Below, piece after piece: positions 12,032-25,916 of a stretch of 64,000 bases of DNA. The notes beneath the pieces are model-generated. The model did no database searches, had not been told where the DNA came from, and worked only from the letters and a program-made list of their open reading frames with translations. Source of the DNA: Paraspadella gotoi (Eukaryota; Animalia; Chaetognatha); NCBI GenBank assembly GCA_051294375.1, contig CM119263.1, positions 18,190,628 to 18,254,627 on the forward strand, written 5' to 3'. The stretch's first letter is position 1. Each line of letters opens with the position of its first letter. The translations under genes and the position numbers were made by a program.

Positions 12032-14830
12032 TAATCATTTCTCCGATTTCGTTTCAGATTTTCAATTTTAAAAAATGACCCTGAATCTTCAATTGCGTCG
12101 ACGCCGCAAGTGACGTCGGCGTCGTCACCCAAAAAATCGGCGTCTTTAATCGACGCGCCAATTTCGCGAGGTTTTACCCGACCCCAATGTGACGCTGTGA
12201 ACCCAATATCGCACCACAAAAAAAGAGAAGAAATTGTGACTTTTCGAGTTTTTTTTTTTCCCGACGTTAAAAGCGACGCGAATGTGACATCGACTTTCGC
12301 TCTGAGAGGAAACGCGGTTTTTTATTACGCTTTCGGCGCCCGAAGTGGANNNNNNNNNNNNNNNNNNNNNNNNNNNNNNNNNNNNNNNNNNNNNNNNNNN
12401 NNNNNNNNNNNNNNNNNNNNNNNNNNNNNNNNNNNNNNNNNNNNNNNNNNNNNNNNNNNNNNNNNNNNNNNNNNNNNNNNNNNNNNNNNNNNNNNNNNNN
12501 NNNNNNNTTTTAACCCAACTAACGAAAAATATTTTTTACGAAAACTAAAATACAAGGATTTTAAGATTTTTGAAACGTTCGAACTTGTTTGTTTGCTTTA
12601 ATTAAAAATTTTAATCGGGAAATAAAACATAGTCAGTGAATATTGGTACCCTTGACTAATTTCATTACAAATTAGTTAAAACCGTAAACAGTTCCCACAG
12701 TTTCAGATTTTCGGGTCTCCGTTTTCAGATTTCTCGGTTGAACCAAAGTTAAAATACGAGGAGCTCGTTTTTAACTGGAGCCAATTTGGTTCGAGTTCTG
12801 TATTATTGCTTGGCTCTCGATTTGCTTTGTTTGTTTCCATTCCTTTCGAACCAAGACGAGAAAAACTAAGAGAGATGAAAAAAATTATTTGCCAAATAAA
12901 TCAAGCGCTTTCTCTCTCTCTCTCTCTNNNNNNNNNNNNNNNNNNNNNNNNNNNNNNNNNNNNNNNNNNNNNNNNNNNNNNNNNNNNNNNNNNNNNNNNN
13001 NNNNNNNNNNNNNNNNNNNNNNNNNNNNNNNNNNNNNNNNNNNNNNNNNNNNNNNNNNNNNNNNNNNNNNNNNNNNNNNNNNNNNNNNNNNNNNNNNNNN
13101 NNNNNNNNNNNNNNNNNNNNNNNNNNNNNNNNNNNNNNNNNNNNNNNNNNNNNNNNNNNNNNNTTACATGATATTTTCTTGTGACGAGAATAAAAAAAGT
13201 CAATAACGTTTTCGTCTCAAATGGATGAGGAAAGGACGTCGTCGTCTTGGTCGTCGTCTTGGTCGTCGTCTTCGCTAAAATCATCGGCATCGTCGCTAAC
13301 ATCTTCGTCGTCGTCGTCATCGCTAACATCTTCGTCGTCGTCATCGTCGTCTTCATCTTTAGCGGCTTCCAATAAAAGACGAAGAAAAAGTTGGGTTCTT
13401 GATTCTTAGTCGCCACTCAGTTTTTTTTTCTCTCTCTCTGCCCTTCAAATCAAAATTGTGATAAAAGAGAAGAGGAAAAAATATTTCGGCAAAAAAAAAT
13501 GTAAAAAAAAAAAATTACTGCAGATAAATCAACAAACTCGCTAATAAATGGTACAAACTGACGCAACGCAAAATAAATGAAGTGTTCGTTTACAGTACGT
13601 ATTTAACTATTTATTAAAGTGAGAATACTGTAACCCCTTCTCCTACTAGAGAGAGAAAAAAAATTGCCTTGCGAATAAGTTAAATTTTTTCCCCCTTGAC
13701 TTTCACAAAACCCATTTTCTTGAAAACCTCGCCAGAGCAATGAATACGTTTAGGGAAACTCTCGATTCAAAGAAAGTTAAAGAAAGTTGAAGAGAACGAA
13801 CATCATAGTTTGAATATAAAAGACGAATGCTAAGCAACCAGCAATTATTATTCAAAAAAATAAATTAATTGAAAGGAAAAAAAAACTCGTTGCAACGTTA
13901 TTCATAAATATTCTAACGCCGAAAGCGCTCTGGAATATGGAAAAAAAAGTTATAAAAATGAATAAATGATGGAAAAAATAAAACGCTAAAACGTGATGAA
14001 TTACTTTATAAAAACGTACGACACTTGGTGTCGCGTGTCTTAACCCAAAATCCAAAACGAGGCTCGCGATCCCGGGAACAAAATTAAAGCAAGATCGAAT
14101 GGAAAAATAAATAAAAGGACATCTAAACTTTTTACTAAAGGATTCGCGATTTATAAACAAAATAATAAATAAAATAAAAATAAATAAAACGCGAGAAAAT
14201 GAAGTGCGAGTCAGAAGAAGCGATCAACTTGAACGTTCCGTCGGCGCCAGCGTTCGGCGCCAACGAAGATGGNNNNNNNNNNNNNNNNNNNNNNNNNNNN
14301 NNNNNNNNNNNNNNNNNNNNNNNNNNNNNNNNNNNNNNNNNNNNNNNNNNNNNNNNNNNNNNNNNNNNNNNNNNNNNNNNNNNNNNNNNNNNNNNNNNNN
14401 NNNNNNNNNNNNNNNNNNNNNNNNNNNNNNNNNNNNNNNNNNNNNNNNNNNNNAGAGAGAGAGAGAGAGAGAGAGAGACGTGTCAGGTCATCTCTTCGAA
14501 GTTCTTTGAACTGAACTACCTCTCACTGAACAATGCTCAGCGAACCAAAAAATTGTAAAGGGCGAGTTTACTCCCTCGTCGAAGTTTCCGGGTGGCGAGA
14601 TGGCGTCGATAACGACAGTTATGTTAGCGTTGGATAGTTGCTTGGTTAAAGTGTGGTTAATGGTCTAGTGGTTCTTTAGGAATTCCACAACTCCACAAAA
14701 GGGCGTTCTAAAGATCTATGGCGTTTTTATTAATTTTACCGTAAATTATTGAAAATTCCATCGTTCCATACGTAGTAAAAGAAATCAAAGGGGCAGAGTT
14801 TGGGAGCTGAAGGAAGGAAAGAGGGAGTCA

Positions 14831-14888
<58 letters not shown>

Positions 14889-15209
14889 TGGTTTGTTTTT
14901 CGGCGAAATTAGGCGCACCTAAATTTAGAAGCGGACAGACGAAAAAAACAAAAGACGGGAAGGGGTCCTTTTAAGAGGGCGTTGCGAATTTCTATTTGTT
15001 TGTTTACTTGTTTGTTTACCCGGTTTTCGTTTTCGAAGTGGAGAGAGCGGGATTAAGAGAGAGNNNNNNNNNNNNNNNNNNNNNNNNNNNNNNNNNNNNN
15101 NNNNNNNNNNNNNNNNNNNNNNNNNNNNNNNNNNNNNNNNNNNNNNNNNNNNNNNNNNNNNNNNNNNNNNNNNNNNNNNNNNNNNNNNNNNNNNNNNNNN
15201 NNNNNNNNN

Positions 15210-15246
<37 letters not shown>

Positions 15247-15566
15247 CTTGCACAGTGCAGATTTTCCAAGCGAAAGAAAACTCTCACCGAGAAAAATCAA
15301 GAAACAGAAAAAGGAAAAGAAGAAAAAAATGGGGAAAGTTGTGTTTGTGATTGTGAAGGTTTCTATCGAAGTTTTTGGAAGGAAAAATGGTGGATCACAA
15401 CGCTGAACCGAGGAAAATTGTATAGGATATTTCGGTTTCCGATGTTTAGTTGGATTAACGAATGAAAGTGCCAGGACTAGCAAGGATTTTATCGGGTTGG
15501 TTAAGAATAAGTTCCGTCACGAAACTGAATAAATGTGATAGCAGACTGGAGGAGAGCAGTGATAAT

Positions 15567-15756
15567 TAGAGTTAGTTTTAATTTTAATTGTAACCGTTAA
15601 TTTTTCTAAAAGTCGGTTAACCGTCAAAACCTGACTTTTTTAACCGTTGTAGTAACTTTGCTAAATTTTAACCGCTAAAAAAAAATTTAACGGTTAAGTT
15701 AAAAAAAAATTTTAACCGTTATTAACGGTTAATTTTTAACGGTTAAGGAATCTCTA
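15567..15756. mobile_element. hAT-type MITE, 190 bp
   Basis: Termini TAGAG...CTCTA; perfect 8-bp TSD GTGATAAT at 15559-15566 and 15757-15764; multiple subterminal AACCGTTA/TAACGGTT motifs. An 8-bp TSD is typical of the hAT superfamily. Confidence 0.75.
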
Positions 15757-16310
15757 GTGATAATAGGTGATAACGAAAATGTAGAATGATTCGGATTGGC
15801 GTAGCCGTTAGATACAAAAAAGTGGTTTCTAAAATTAATTTTAAAACTAATTCTAAAATAAACAACCCTTAAGTCAAAAACTCGTAACCAGAAGATAACC
15901 CTCTTCTTGTTATTCGTAAGGAAGAGAGACGACGAATTTTTAAAAAGATTGAATGACGACATCGTCTAACTTGTCTTTCCAGGGGGAAAAAAAAAACTTG
16001 ACCCAAAACATTAATTCGAGGTGAAAATCCCCATGTCACTCCTCTCTGATATCCCAGGAAAGGGGTCAGACCCCTGAAAGGCACTTACTCGGCATAAACA
16101 CAGCGTGAGCGACCGACTATAGGTTTGTTTATTTAAAGAATTTTCAGGTGGACCTCAGTCTGTTGTTGTCTTCCTCCCCACGATCCGATTTCCAACTGAG
16201 CTTTTCTGTGACTCTGTTTATTCGCAGTGAGAAAGGTGACTCGACTGTTTTTCGTTGCTAATGTTTTTTTTTTCCGTGGGAATTGAAAAAAAGAGGAATC
16301 AAGGATGAAG

Positions 16311-16400
16311 GAAAAACGGTCTGTGGGGTGAGGTGGGGGTAAGAACGAATTTGAAAAACGGTCGGTGGGGTGAGGTGGGGGTAAGGACGAATTTGAAAAA
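16311..16400. repeat. Two tandem copies of a ~43-bp G-rich unit
   Basis: gaaaaacggtc(t/g)gtggggtgaggtgggggtaag(a/g)acgaattt occurs twice. Confidence 0.85.
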
Positions 16401-19400
16401 GCTAAACGAAGGAGAGAGACTGGTGACAAGAAAGACGATAGGGAAGTTAAAGTATGAGTTAAATTTAAAAGAAAACCAAAAAAAAATTGAGAAAAACGGG
16501 GACTATTTTCCGACGGTTCCCCAAACTTAATTTTAACGCGGACATTTAACCTTAGTCTTATTTTAAATGTTTAATCAAATCGTTAACTCTGTCCCTCACC
16601 TAATCGATAACCCTAATCTTTAATTTTAATTCTTAATCCCTAAAGTCTAATTCCTATCTAATCGCTAACCTCATCCCTAACATAATCCTTATCCTTAACC
16701 CTTAACTTTTTAATTTTTTAAACCTGGAAACAAATTTAATTTTAGATTTAAGCTGAAATAAGGCGCTTTCGGAAAAAAAGGCCGAAAGAAAGAAAAGTGA
16801 TGAAAAAAACAGATGAAAAACGGTTTTGAAACGAGGATAAAACTACGAAGACGACGAGAAAGACGATAATGACAACAACCACGACGACGACGACGACGAC
16901 GACGACTTCTGAAAACGAGAAATCGGATTTTCCTTTTTTCTCGTTTTTTTTGTTTTTGTTTTTGGAATTCGAATTCAGGGAACGATTTTTGTGAAGAAAT
17001 TGGGTCCGCGTGGGATGAAGGCGGATAATAAAGCGAAACTGATTCATTCATTACATACTGCGATTTCCTAACACTTGAGAGCAAAGAGAAAATAACAATA
17101 GCGGGCGTCTCCTTTTTTGCTACAATGAAAATAAAAAACGCACGCGCCTGTAGTCATTAAAATCAATAAAATAAATTAATATCGATTATTGGATTTTTTT
17201 CCTAGATGTCGCCAGTTTTGATTAAACATTCTCTCATCGGATATTTTTTTCCACTTCGTTTTCCTGTAAATACTAAACAAAAGAAAANNNNNNNNNNNNN
17301 NNNNNNNNNNNNAAGAGAGGAGAGAGTATTAATTTTAACGAACGTGTGAGAATTTAAGAGACCTTCAGTGGCTATAAATGTATTTACAATGTTGGAAGAA
17401 GATTATATGACGTAGACAAGTAGTCGTGGGGAACAGTGGGTAACGTTTGTTCTGTGGCTCGCACCGTTTAGTGGGCGGTTTGTGGGACGACTGGAGGGAA
17501 GAAGGGGAAGCGACATAACTCGAGTATATAAAACGAACCATAACAGTCTTGGTATGAGAGTTTTGATTGACTCTCTAAACTTGTGTGCGCTAACAGTCGA
17601 TATTTGCTGATGCTAAATCGCGACAGGTAACGCGATCTAATCCCCTGGAACATGTCATAATGCCTCGCGTCGAATCTTAGAAATCCCATAAATACAAGAC
17701 TTTCTTTGTATTGTCAGTCTTAACTTTCTTAACCTTTACATATTTTAAACTGGAAACAAAGACAATTTTAACTGCAACACAGTCATTAACAGCATCTGCA
17801 AAATATCAAGGCATTTTCAGTGCATCAAACGATAAGGCCCAGATAAAGTAACAGCAAAAGGATAGAAAAAACAGATGAAACATACATACTTTTTTCGGCG
17901 CCTTGTGAGAGGCAACGACGGATATTCGAAGTAAATTATCGTTGGCGGAGAGTCGAGTCACTGTATCTTTAAAGTATATACGCTATCCGGTAGATGACGC
18001 GAGATAAACAAAGGCCTCATCACTTGAGTACAGCGAGGGGATGAGAAAACGGCACAAGCTGGCTCGTTATCGTCTACTCGCTCTGCGGGGGAGACAGTAG
18101 CGGACTTTGTATGAGTATGAAAAACGGAGAGAACATCAGGATGTTTGACTTTCTTTTTTTCCTCTCGTTTTTTTTGTTTTTGCGCGTACTTTGGATAATT
18201 TTTGATGAGAGATTCAGTCAGACACTGGGATTTTTAACCTCTCCGGGAGATCACTCCGTTGATTTTTGTGTGGCAAGAATTATTCCGGGTCTCTTCGCCC
18301 GAGCAAGCGTGGATTATTGAAGGCGGATACATAAAAGCGATAATATTCGGTTTTCTTCTTTATCACTCATAATTCTATTACATTATTCTTCGCTTATTTT
18401 CTAACATCCTTGAGTTACGTGCTCATAGCATATAGAAAATCAAACAATTAGCTTTCTTATCGGTACTGCGTCTCCTTTTTTGCTACAATTGAAAGAATTA
18501 ATACAATAATCGACGCGGCCTGTGAGTCTAAGTCAATCTAAATTTTCAATTTTTGAGAAATGATTTATATATTAAAATATCTGAGAGATTATTCTAATTT
18601 TTTCCGCCGTTTCTCGGTCCTTTTTTTCTTTTATTGATTATTTTTTTTATATCACTGCAGATTGCCAGTTTTGGAGATTATATCATACTCCCTCGGTTCA
18701 TACCAATAGAATGATTAATTGGCGTGATGTTATATTTTTTTAATATTCTCACGTTCGTTTCGCCTGTAATATATGTAGCTCGTTCGATTAAACCAAATAG
18801 AAAAAATAAGTTATAGAGACATAGTTATAATAGTAATTTTATAAATCTAAATTTAGTAAGTTAAGCACGATATAATTCCGTTTCCGGTATGGTAAAATAA
18901 ATATTTGTTACCATTTGTTGCTCTACTGTCTATCCTCTCCTTTAATTTCAACTCCATCACGTCTGGTTCTCACTACTCCGTATTTGAGATAATTACTAAG
19001 GTTTTCAGCTATTTATCTTTTATCCTGACAGTATCAGTACTAACAAATTTATTGTTTAGTATTGCTCTTCTGTTTAACCACTTTTCTTATTCCCTTTAGC
19101 TAATTCCAACATAGGTTTCTCCATCCCAGCAAATTGAGTCGATAAATACAGGCTTCGAAGGAGACCTCGATCGACTGTCTGAAAATCAACTGAATATAGC
19201 CAGCTCTTGATTTTTTTAAGGTCAGGACATTGAAGAAGTCATTTTTAAATGAATTTAATTAGGGAAAATTGTTTAAAGCGGAAATTGAAAAAATTGAACC
19301 AGGAATTCGATTAAAGAACGACTCCGGCGAGGGGGTCGACCAACAATGAAAAAATTAAATCTGTTGCCAATTTTATAAATCGGATTTTTCGATCCATTTT

Positions 19401-20214
19401 CCCACACCGCAGACTATTTTTTCGTTTTATCTGGTTCTTTTTCACAAAGGTCGTAAGATTGGCTGAGAGCGTTACACTTACTTGAAAACGCCGTCCAAGT
19501 TTTCCTTTATTTCCTTTTTTCCTTTATTCTTTTTTTCTTTTTCGTTATTTCCTTTTATTTCCTTTTTCCTTTATTTCCTTTTTCCTCTGCCCAAAAAGCG
19601 ATTAATTTAAATATTTCTTCCATCAAAGGGACGTGCCGAAATAGAATTTAGTAATATCGGCGGCAAGTTTATTACGCTAGTTTGCTTCGTCTATGTATTT
19701 TCTGTGAACTGATAAAATTTGTTACAAAACGCATATGCTAATTAAATATTTATAAATACAGAGGAAAAAAATTCTGTTTTTAGGAATATACGTATCAAAG
19801 ATGTTTCCGTTGTGGTCGATATTGTTTTGGTGTGCTTGTTTTACAACGCAATTGCACGGCCCTTCAGTCGTAAAATAATCAGGAGAGGGAGAGAGAGAGA
19901 GACGGCGAGAAAAAAAAAAAAAAGAAAGAGAGAAAGAGAGAAATTGAAAAGGGAGCACAATGATTGATCGAAAAATGCTCAAAAGGTTAAAGTGTCGCCT
20001 TTGGGAAGGAAAGGAAACAGAAAGAAAAGATGAAAAGATAGGAAGAAAAGAAAAGAAAAGAAAAAATCAAAAAGGAAAATGTGAATTAAGAAAAAAAAAA
20101 TACTACTAAAAGTAATAATGGTTAAGAAAAGTGACTTATGGAGTTATTCCGCGAGTACTGGCGGCGCAACTAGAGAGAGAGAGAGAGGGACATCCTCACG
20201 TGACGTTCTCCCAG

Positions 20215-20306
20215 TGACACGAAGAAGAACGAGCGACATCTCGCGGTGGAAGCCAAAATCCTGAGCGGCTTCGACTACCTCAATAAAAATCTTTACTTCT
20301 GTCCCT
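20215..20306 (+). CDS. Possible upstream coding exon truncated by an N gap (DTKKNERHLAVEAKILSGFDYLNKNLYFCP)
   Basis: Acceptor ttctcccag, in-frame stop just upstream, coding-like GC3. Neither the donor nor the link to the cyclase gene can be seen. Confidence 0.3.
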
Positions 20307-22175
20307 NNNNNNNNNNNNNNNNNNNNNNNNNNNNNNNNNNNNNNNNNNNNNNNNNNNNNNNNNNNNNNNNNNNNNNNNNNNNNNNNNNNNNNNNNNNNNN
20401 NNNNNNNNNNNNNNNNNNNNNNNNNNNNNNNNNNNNNNNNNNNNNNNNNNNNNNNNNNNNNNNNNNNNNNNNNNNNNNNNNNNNNNNNNNNNNNNNNNNN
20501 NNNNNNNNNNNNNNNNNNNNNNNNNNNNNNNNNNNNNNNNNNNNNNNNNNNNNNNNNNNNNNNNNNNNNNNNNNNNNNNNNNNNNNNNNNNNNNNNNNNN
20601 NNNNNNNNNNNNNNNNNNNNNNNNNNNNNNNNNNNNNNNNNNNNNNNNNNNNNNNNNNNNNNNNNNNNNNNNNNNNNNNNNNNNNNNNNNNNNNNNNNNN
20701 NNNNNNNNNNNNNNNNNNNNNNNNNNNNNNNNNNNNNNNNNNNNNNNNNNNNNNNNNNNNNNNNNNNNNNNNNNNNNNNNNNNNNNNNNNNNNNNNNNNN
20801 NNNNNNNNNNNNNNNNNNNNNNNNNNNNNNNNNNNNNNNNNNNNNNNNNNNNNNNNNNNNNNNNNNNNNNNNNNNNNNNNNNNNNNNNNNNNNNNNNNNN
20901 NNNNNNNNNNNNNNNNNNNNNNNNNNNNNNNNNNNNNNNNNNNNNNNNNNNNNNNNNNNNNNNNNNNNNNNNNNNNNNNNNNNNNNNNNNNNNNNNNNNN
21001 NNNNNNNNNNNNNNNNNNNNNNNNNNNNNNNNNNNNNNNNNNNNNNNNNNNNNNNNNNNNNNNNNCTGCCGATAGGTCAGTGTATTAGCCGATGACTTTG
21101 TGGAGCGGCCAATGAGCCAGTGAAACTGTTGCCGATGATTTGATTTTAAAGTCGACAGGAGTCAGAGGAGCGGCCATAGGGTCGAGACGTCGTGGGTGGA
21201 GTGAATGAAGAGTCGCTGGCGCGGCCGATGAGTCGGTGGGAGCGGCCGACGTTGGGAGACTGGAAAACCCAGGACGACGAATGGGCGAAGACGATGGAAT
21301 CTAATGGAACCGAGATTCACGTTTAGGTTGGAATGGAATTCTTGAGAAGCNNNNNNNNNNNNNNNNNNNNNNNNNNNNNNNNNNNNNNNNNNNNNNNNNN
21401 NNNNNNNNNNNNNNNNNNNNNNNNNNNNNNNNNNNNNNNNNNNNNNNNNNNNNNNNNNNNNNNNNNNNNNNNNNNNNNNNNNNNNNNNNNNNNNNNNNNN
21501 NNNNNNNNNNNNNNNNNNNNNNNNNNNNNNNNNNNNNNNNNNNNNNNNNNNNNNNNNNNNNNNNNNNNNNNNNNNGAGAGAGAGAGAGAGAGAGAGAGAA
21601 TGCAGGATAAAATGTTGAAAAACGCTTGTTTATAAATTTGATAACATTCTAATTTTTATTTTCTTTCATATTCTATTTATTTTCTTCATAGTCACTTCGT
21701 ATTAAGTTTCGAACATGTTCCTTTATGTTTCGTTCTGTCTCCCGTCTTTCTGTATATTTCCCACGGTCGCCAAATTTCCCGCACTGAAGGTAAATGGGCG
21801 ACTGAGGGGCGTGGCCTCTTCTAAAAAAAAACATTTTCTCCGTTTTTCAAAACAAGATGGTTCTGAACCCTTGAGGTACCAGAAGTCTAATGACACTGTA
21901 CCAAGTTGTTAAGATAAATTCAAATTTTGCAGAAAGATTCAGTTATTCCCGTTGTTGTTGTTGTTGTTGTTGTTTTTATTGAATTCCCTCCAAAGGGTCG
22001 GATGGTCGCGGTCGTTCAGCCCTTTCTTTCGCTCCGTGAAAAGAGAAGGAGAAGCGAGCGAAAACTGAAAATATAATATTTCGCGTTGCCATGGTGATGA
22101 CGTCGAGGAACCGGACAACTTTGACTCATTTTAGTTTTCCATTTTAACTGATGAAACTGAAGGATATTCATGGAA

Positions 22176-22227
<52 letters not shown>

Positions 22228-25200
22228 AGCGCGAGAGAGCGTCGACATCGTCGGGTAATTTCAATGTTTATTTTGAATTATTCATGATTCGCCTGAAGAC
22301 CGTATGTTTTCAATCCCTCGTAACCTCAATAGCGACTGAGGGAACCACCGGCCGCCGCGTCGAGTCAATGTACATCGAAAATTCGAAGTTTTCGCGATTC
22401 ACTTATCCCTTTAATTACGAGATGGAAGACTGAGGATTATGGTTAACGAAAGAGACTCGTTAAACGAGTTGATGTAAAATCATTCAAATATAAAAGGCGG
22501 GATATGAAAATCACTAGGGGAAAATGCTTGACCGTTTCATTTTTTCAAAACCCGCCTCACCATTATTCATTTAAGTCTTCATAAATTCTTAAGATCCCAG
22601 GACGTCTCGCTTTCAAACCCCTGACATCCCGGGTCATTGGCTCATAATTGGTACTGATGAACGTTGAACGATGTTGTTGTTGAATTGTGGACACTGACGC
22701 ATATTTCCGTTTCACTTAGAGACTCTTTCTCTCCATAAAATCAACTGGAATTAAAGGTTTTTAAACAAATACGCCGAAAATCCGAATGTCAAAAGATATG
22801 TCAGCCGAGGGCTAGAGGAACAGAGAAGTTTCACGTGAACTATGGCGACGTGAATAATTGATATAACGTCCTCCATTGAACCTTCAATTTTTTTGACGAT
22901 AAAACTTAAGTTTTTTTTTTTTTTATAAAATTGATGGAAATGTTGGGAGCGATAATGATGATGAAAAAAAAAACGACGATAAAAATGACCTCATCTCTAA
23001 CCTGAGCTATATATAACATTCTCTCGAAAGTGTTTCTGACCTCTGTTTTTTGTCATCTCTCGCCGGGTTATTAGCCCTATACGTACAGTATAATCGTACA
23101 CGTGTAATCCTATATGGATATTTTTGAAAAAGATTGCGAATAACGCTTTTAATCGATGTCATTTATACTGCTTTCTTTTTGTCTTAACGTTTCGTTCTGA
23201 ATGAGTCATTTCNNNNNNNNNNNNNNNNNNNNNNNNNNNNNNNNNNNNNNNNNNNNNNNNNNNNNNNNNNNNNNNNNNNNNNNNNNNNNNNNNNNNNNNN
23301 NNNNNNNNNNNNNNNNNNNNNNNNNNNNNNNNNNNNNNNNNNNNNNNNNNNNNNNNNNNNNNNNNNNNNNNNNNNNNNNNNNNNNNNNNNNNNNNNNNNN
23401 NNNNNNNNNNNNNNNNNNNNNNNNNNNNNNNNNNNNNNNNNNNNNNNTGCTATGATAGGAATTTATCGTTCTTTTTTGTGCCTGAAGTGACCTTGAGTTA
23501 CGATGAGAAACNNNNNNNNNNCTGTCTTATTATATTTTTGAAAAAGATTGCGAATAACGCTTTTCATCGATGTCATTTCTTTTTGTCTTGACGTTTCGTT
23601 CTGAATGAGTCATTTCGACGAAGCTCAGCTNNNNNNNNNNNNNNNNNNNNNNNNNNNNNNNNNNNNNNNNNNNNNNNNNNNNNNNNNNNNNNNNNNNNNN
23701 NNNNNNNNNNNNNNNNNNNNNNNNNNNNNNNNNNNNNNNNNNNNNNNNNNNNNNNNNNNNNNNNNNNNNNNNNNNNNNNNNNNNNNNNNNNNNNNNNNNN
23801 NNNNNNNNNNNNNNNNNNNNNNNNNNNNNNNNNNNNNNNNNNNNNNNNNNNNNNNNNNNNNNNNNNNNNNNNNNNNNNNNNNNNNNNNNNNNNNNNNNNN
23901 NNNNNNNNNNNNNNNNNNNNNNNNNNNNNNNNNNNNNNNNNNNNNNNNNNNNNNNNNNNNNNNNNNNNNNNNNNNNNNNNNNNNNNNNNNNNNNNNNNNN
24001 NNNNNNNNNNNNNNNNNNNNNNNNNNNNNNNNNNNNNNNNNNNNNNNNNNNNNNNNNNNNNNNNNNNNNNNNNNNNNNNNNNNNNNNNNNNNNNNNNNNN
24101 NNNNNNNNNNNNNNNNNNNNNNNNNNNNNNCTAATTCTGAAGAAAATTGAAACTTGAGAAATTTATCTTTCCCCAGTAATATTTTGATTATCTTATATTA
24201 TCTTAAATAATTATTATCTAAAATATTATCTTCCAAACTAAAAAGGTGTTTGACAATCATTATCTTATTTACTTAATTGTTTGCTCTCGTTTTGTATGAA
24301 GTTTCTTTTGCCATCGTGGTTCTTGGTTAACGCGTGAACGTTAAACAAATTTATTACGTCTTCAAAATACCAAATATTTTTCCGTCTTGCTCACCGGGAG
24401 GCGGATCCACTTGGTTAAGTTCTTTTCGTCCAAGTCGAGAGATATATCAATTTTCCTGTTATTCTCTTCCTCCTTCGAGACTCTCCTTACGATACAGTGT
24501 GTGGCATACTCGATACCTTACCTTACCCTTCACTTGCCTTCACCCACCCACTCACCACCGTCCCATATACCCACCTACCCTCCCCCGTTATTTCCCTTCG
24601 TCTCGAAAAAATCNNNNNNNNNNNNNNNNNNNNNNNNNNNNNNNNNNNNNNNNNNNNNNNNNNNNNNNNNNNNNNNNNNNNNNNNNNNNNNNNNNNNNNN
24701 NNNNNNNNNNNNNNNNNNNNNNNNNNNNNNNNNNNNNNNNNNNNNNNNNNNNNNNNNNNNNNNNNNNNNNNNNNNNNNNNNNNNNNNNNNNNNNNNNNNN
24801 NNNNNNNNNNNNNNNNNNNNNNNNNNNNNNNNNNNNNNNNNNNNNNNNNNNNNNNNNNNNNNNNNNNNNNNNNNNNNNNNNNNNNNNNNNNNNNNNNNNN
24901 NNNNNNNNNNNNNNNNNNNNNNNNNNNNNNNNNNNNNNNNNNNNNNNNNNNNNNNNNNNNNNNNNNNNNNNNNNNNNNNNNNNNNNNNNNNNNNNNNNNN
25001 NNNNNNNNNNNNNNNNNNNNNNNNNNTGTATACTATATAATATATATGTATATGTATAGTGTATGGTGTATGGTTTATGGTGTATGGTGTATGGTGTATA
25101 GTATGTCGAAAGGCAGAATGTCATAGTGTCCACACATATAACATATTCGATTTCACTTGAATGGCCGAAGTTATTGTTGATGCCATCTTCAAATTTATTG

Positions 25201-25732
25201 GAATCGTTATTTCCGGAGACGTCGACGCTTTACCATCTGCCGTTTAACTTTTTCCGTTTCCCTTTTGTTTAAAAAATCGAATAATTTGGCGGAAACTTGA
25301 GAGACAATATCAGCTGAACAAATAAATGCACTAAAGTTTAATCAATAACCAATTAACCATTATTAACACGGTGGGCCCCGCCACAAAATTTATTTAGGGG
25401 CCCTGGGTCCTCCTGTACGCCAAACACATCCGGGCCCCTCTTTACGAATTTAGTTATAATTTTTAGTATTATATTTTTCATAGGAAACATTTATTCACGT
25501 GAAGGAATAAAAAGAATTGGAAAAAATGTTTGAAAAACTGAGCTGACGAGACAATTTTTCCGGTCGATTCCATTCAAAACTTTTGAATGAAAAAGGAATT
25601 TCAACTCGAAATCATTGGCACCAACTTGGCTGAACCGTTTCTCCCCTTTCATTCATTCCCTTTTCTTTTTCTTTCCTTTTTCATATTTCTAATCTTTTCA
25701 TCCTTTCTTTCTTTTTTTCGATCTCTCTTCCT

Positions 25733-25822
<90 letters not shown>
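25733..25822. repeat. (TTTC)n microsatellite; a second array lies at about 26255-26362
   Basis: Directly visible in the sequence. Confidence 0.95.
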
Positions 25823-25823
<1 letters not shown>

Positions 25824-25916
25824 CTGAATCTCTTTATTTTCTTTTTTTCTTAATATTGTCATATTCTTGAAAATTTTTTTTTTTATCATTCATACAGTAT
25901 ATTGCTTTACGCTCAG

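Larger units (their letters stand above)
1..15770. repeat. Giant imperfect inverted duplication: arm 1 about 1-8590, arm 2 about 8678-15770, centred on a 25-N gap (8653-8677)
   Basis: 1-60 (tcagcctattatcactagagattccttaaccg) is the reverse complement of 15720-15770. Colinear reverse-complement matches were checked at 6740-7400 vs 9040-9700, 5000-5350 vs 11160-11530, 3480-3800 vs 12510-12810 and 8180-8540 vs 8700-9035. The arms differ mainly by single-base indels. Confidence 0.95.

Noticed and set aside
16545-16710. Degenerate CCTAA/CCCTAA telomere-like tract
   Set aside because: Too degenerate and internal, with no clean array, so it is not evidence of a telomere or a fusion site.
16520-18810. 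Apparent diverged tandem duplication (about 16520-17287 vs 17313-18810)
   Set aside because: The second copy is the first with dense random insertions, and the two meet at an exactly 25-N gap (17288-17312). This fits an over-filled gap patched with a low-quality long read.
21066-21300. ag|GTCAGT at 21075 as the donor of an exon spanning the 20307-21065 gap
   Set aside because: It lies in a degenerate gcggccgatgagtc repeat, and frame continuity across an estimated gap means little.
22333-22433. Exon-like open frame ATEGTTGRRVESMYIENSKF...
   Set aside because: It ends in a stop, has no usable donor and shows no homology.
23115-23630. ~100-bp direct repeat (23115-23212 and 23530-23617) with a minus-strand GAAACGTC
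   Set aside because: Both copies abut gaps, so this is likely an unresolved repeat. No CTGANGA core is visible, so it is not called a hammerhead.
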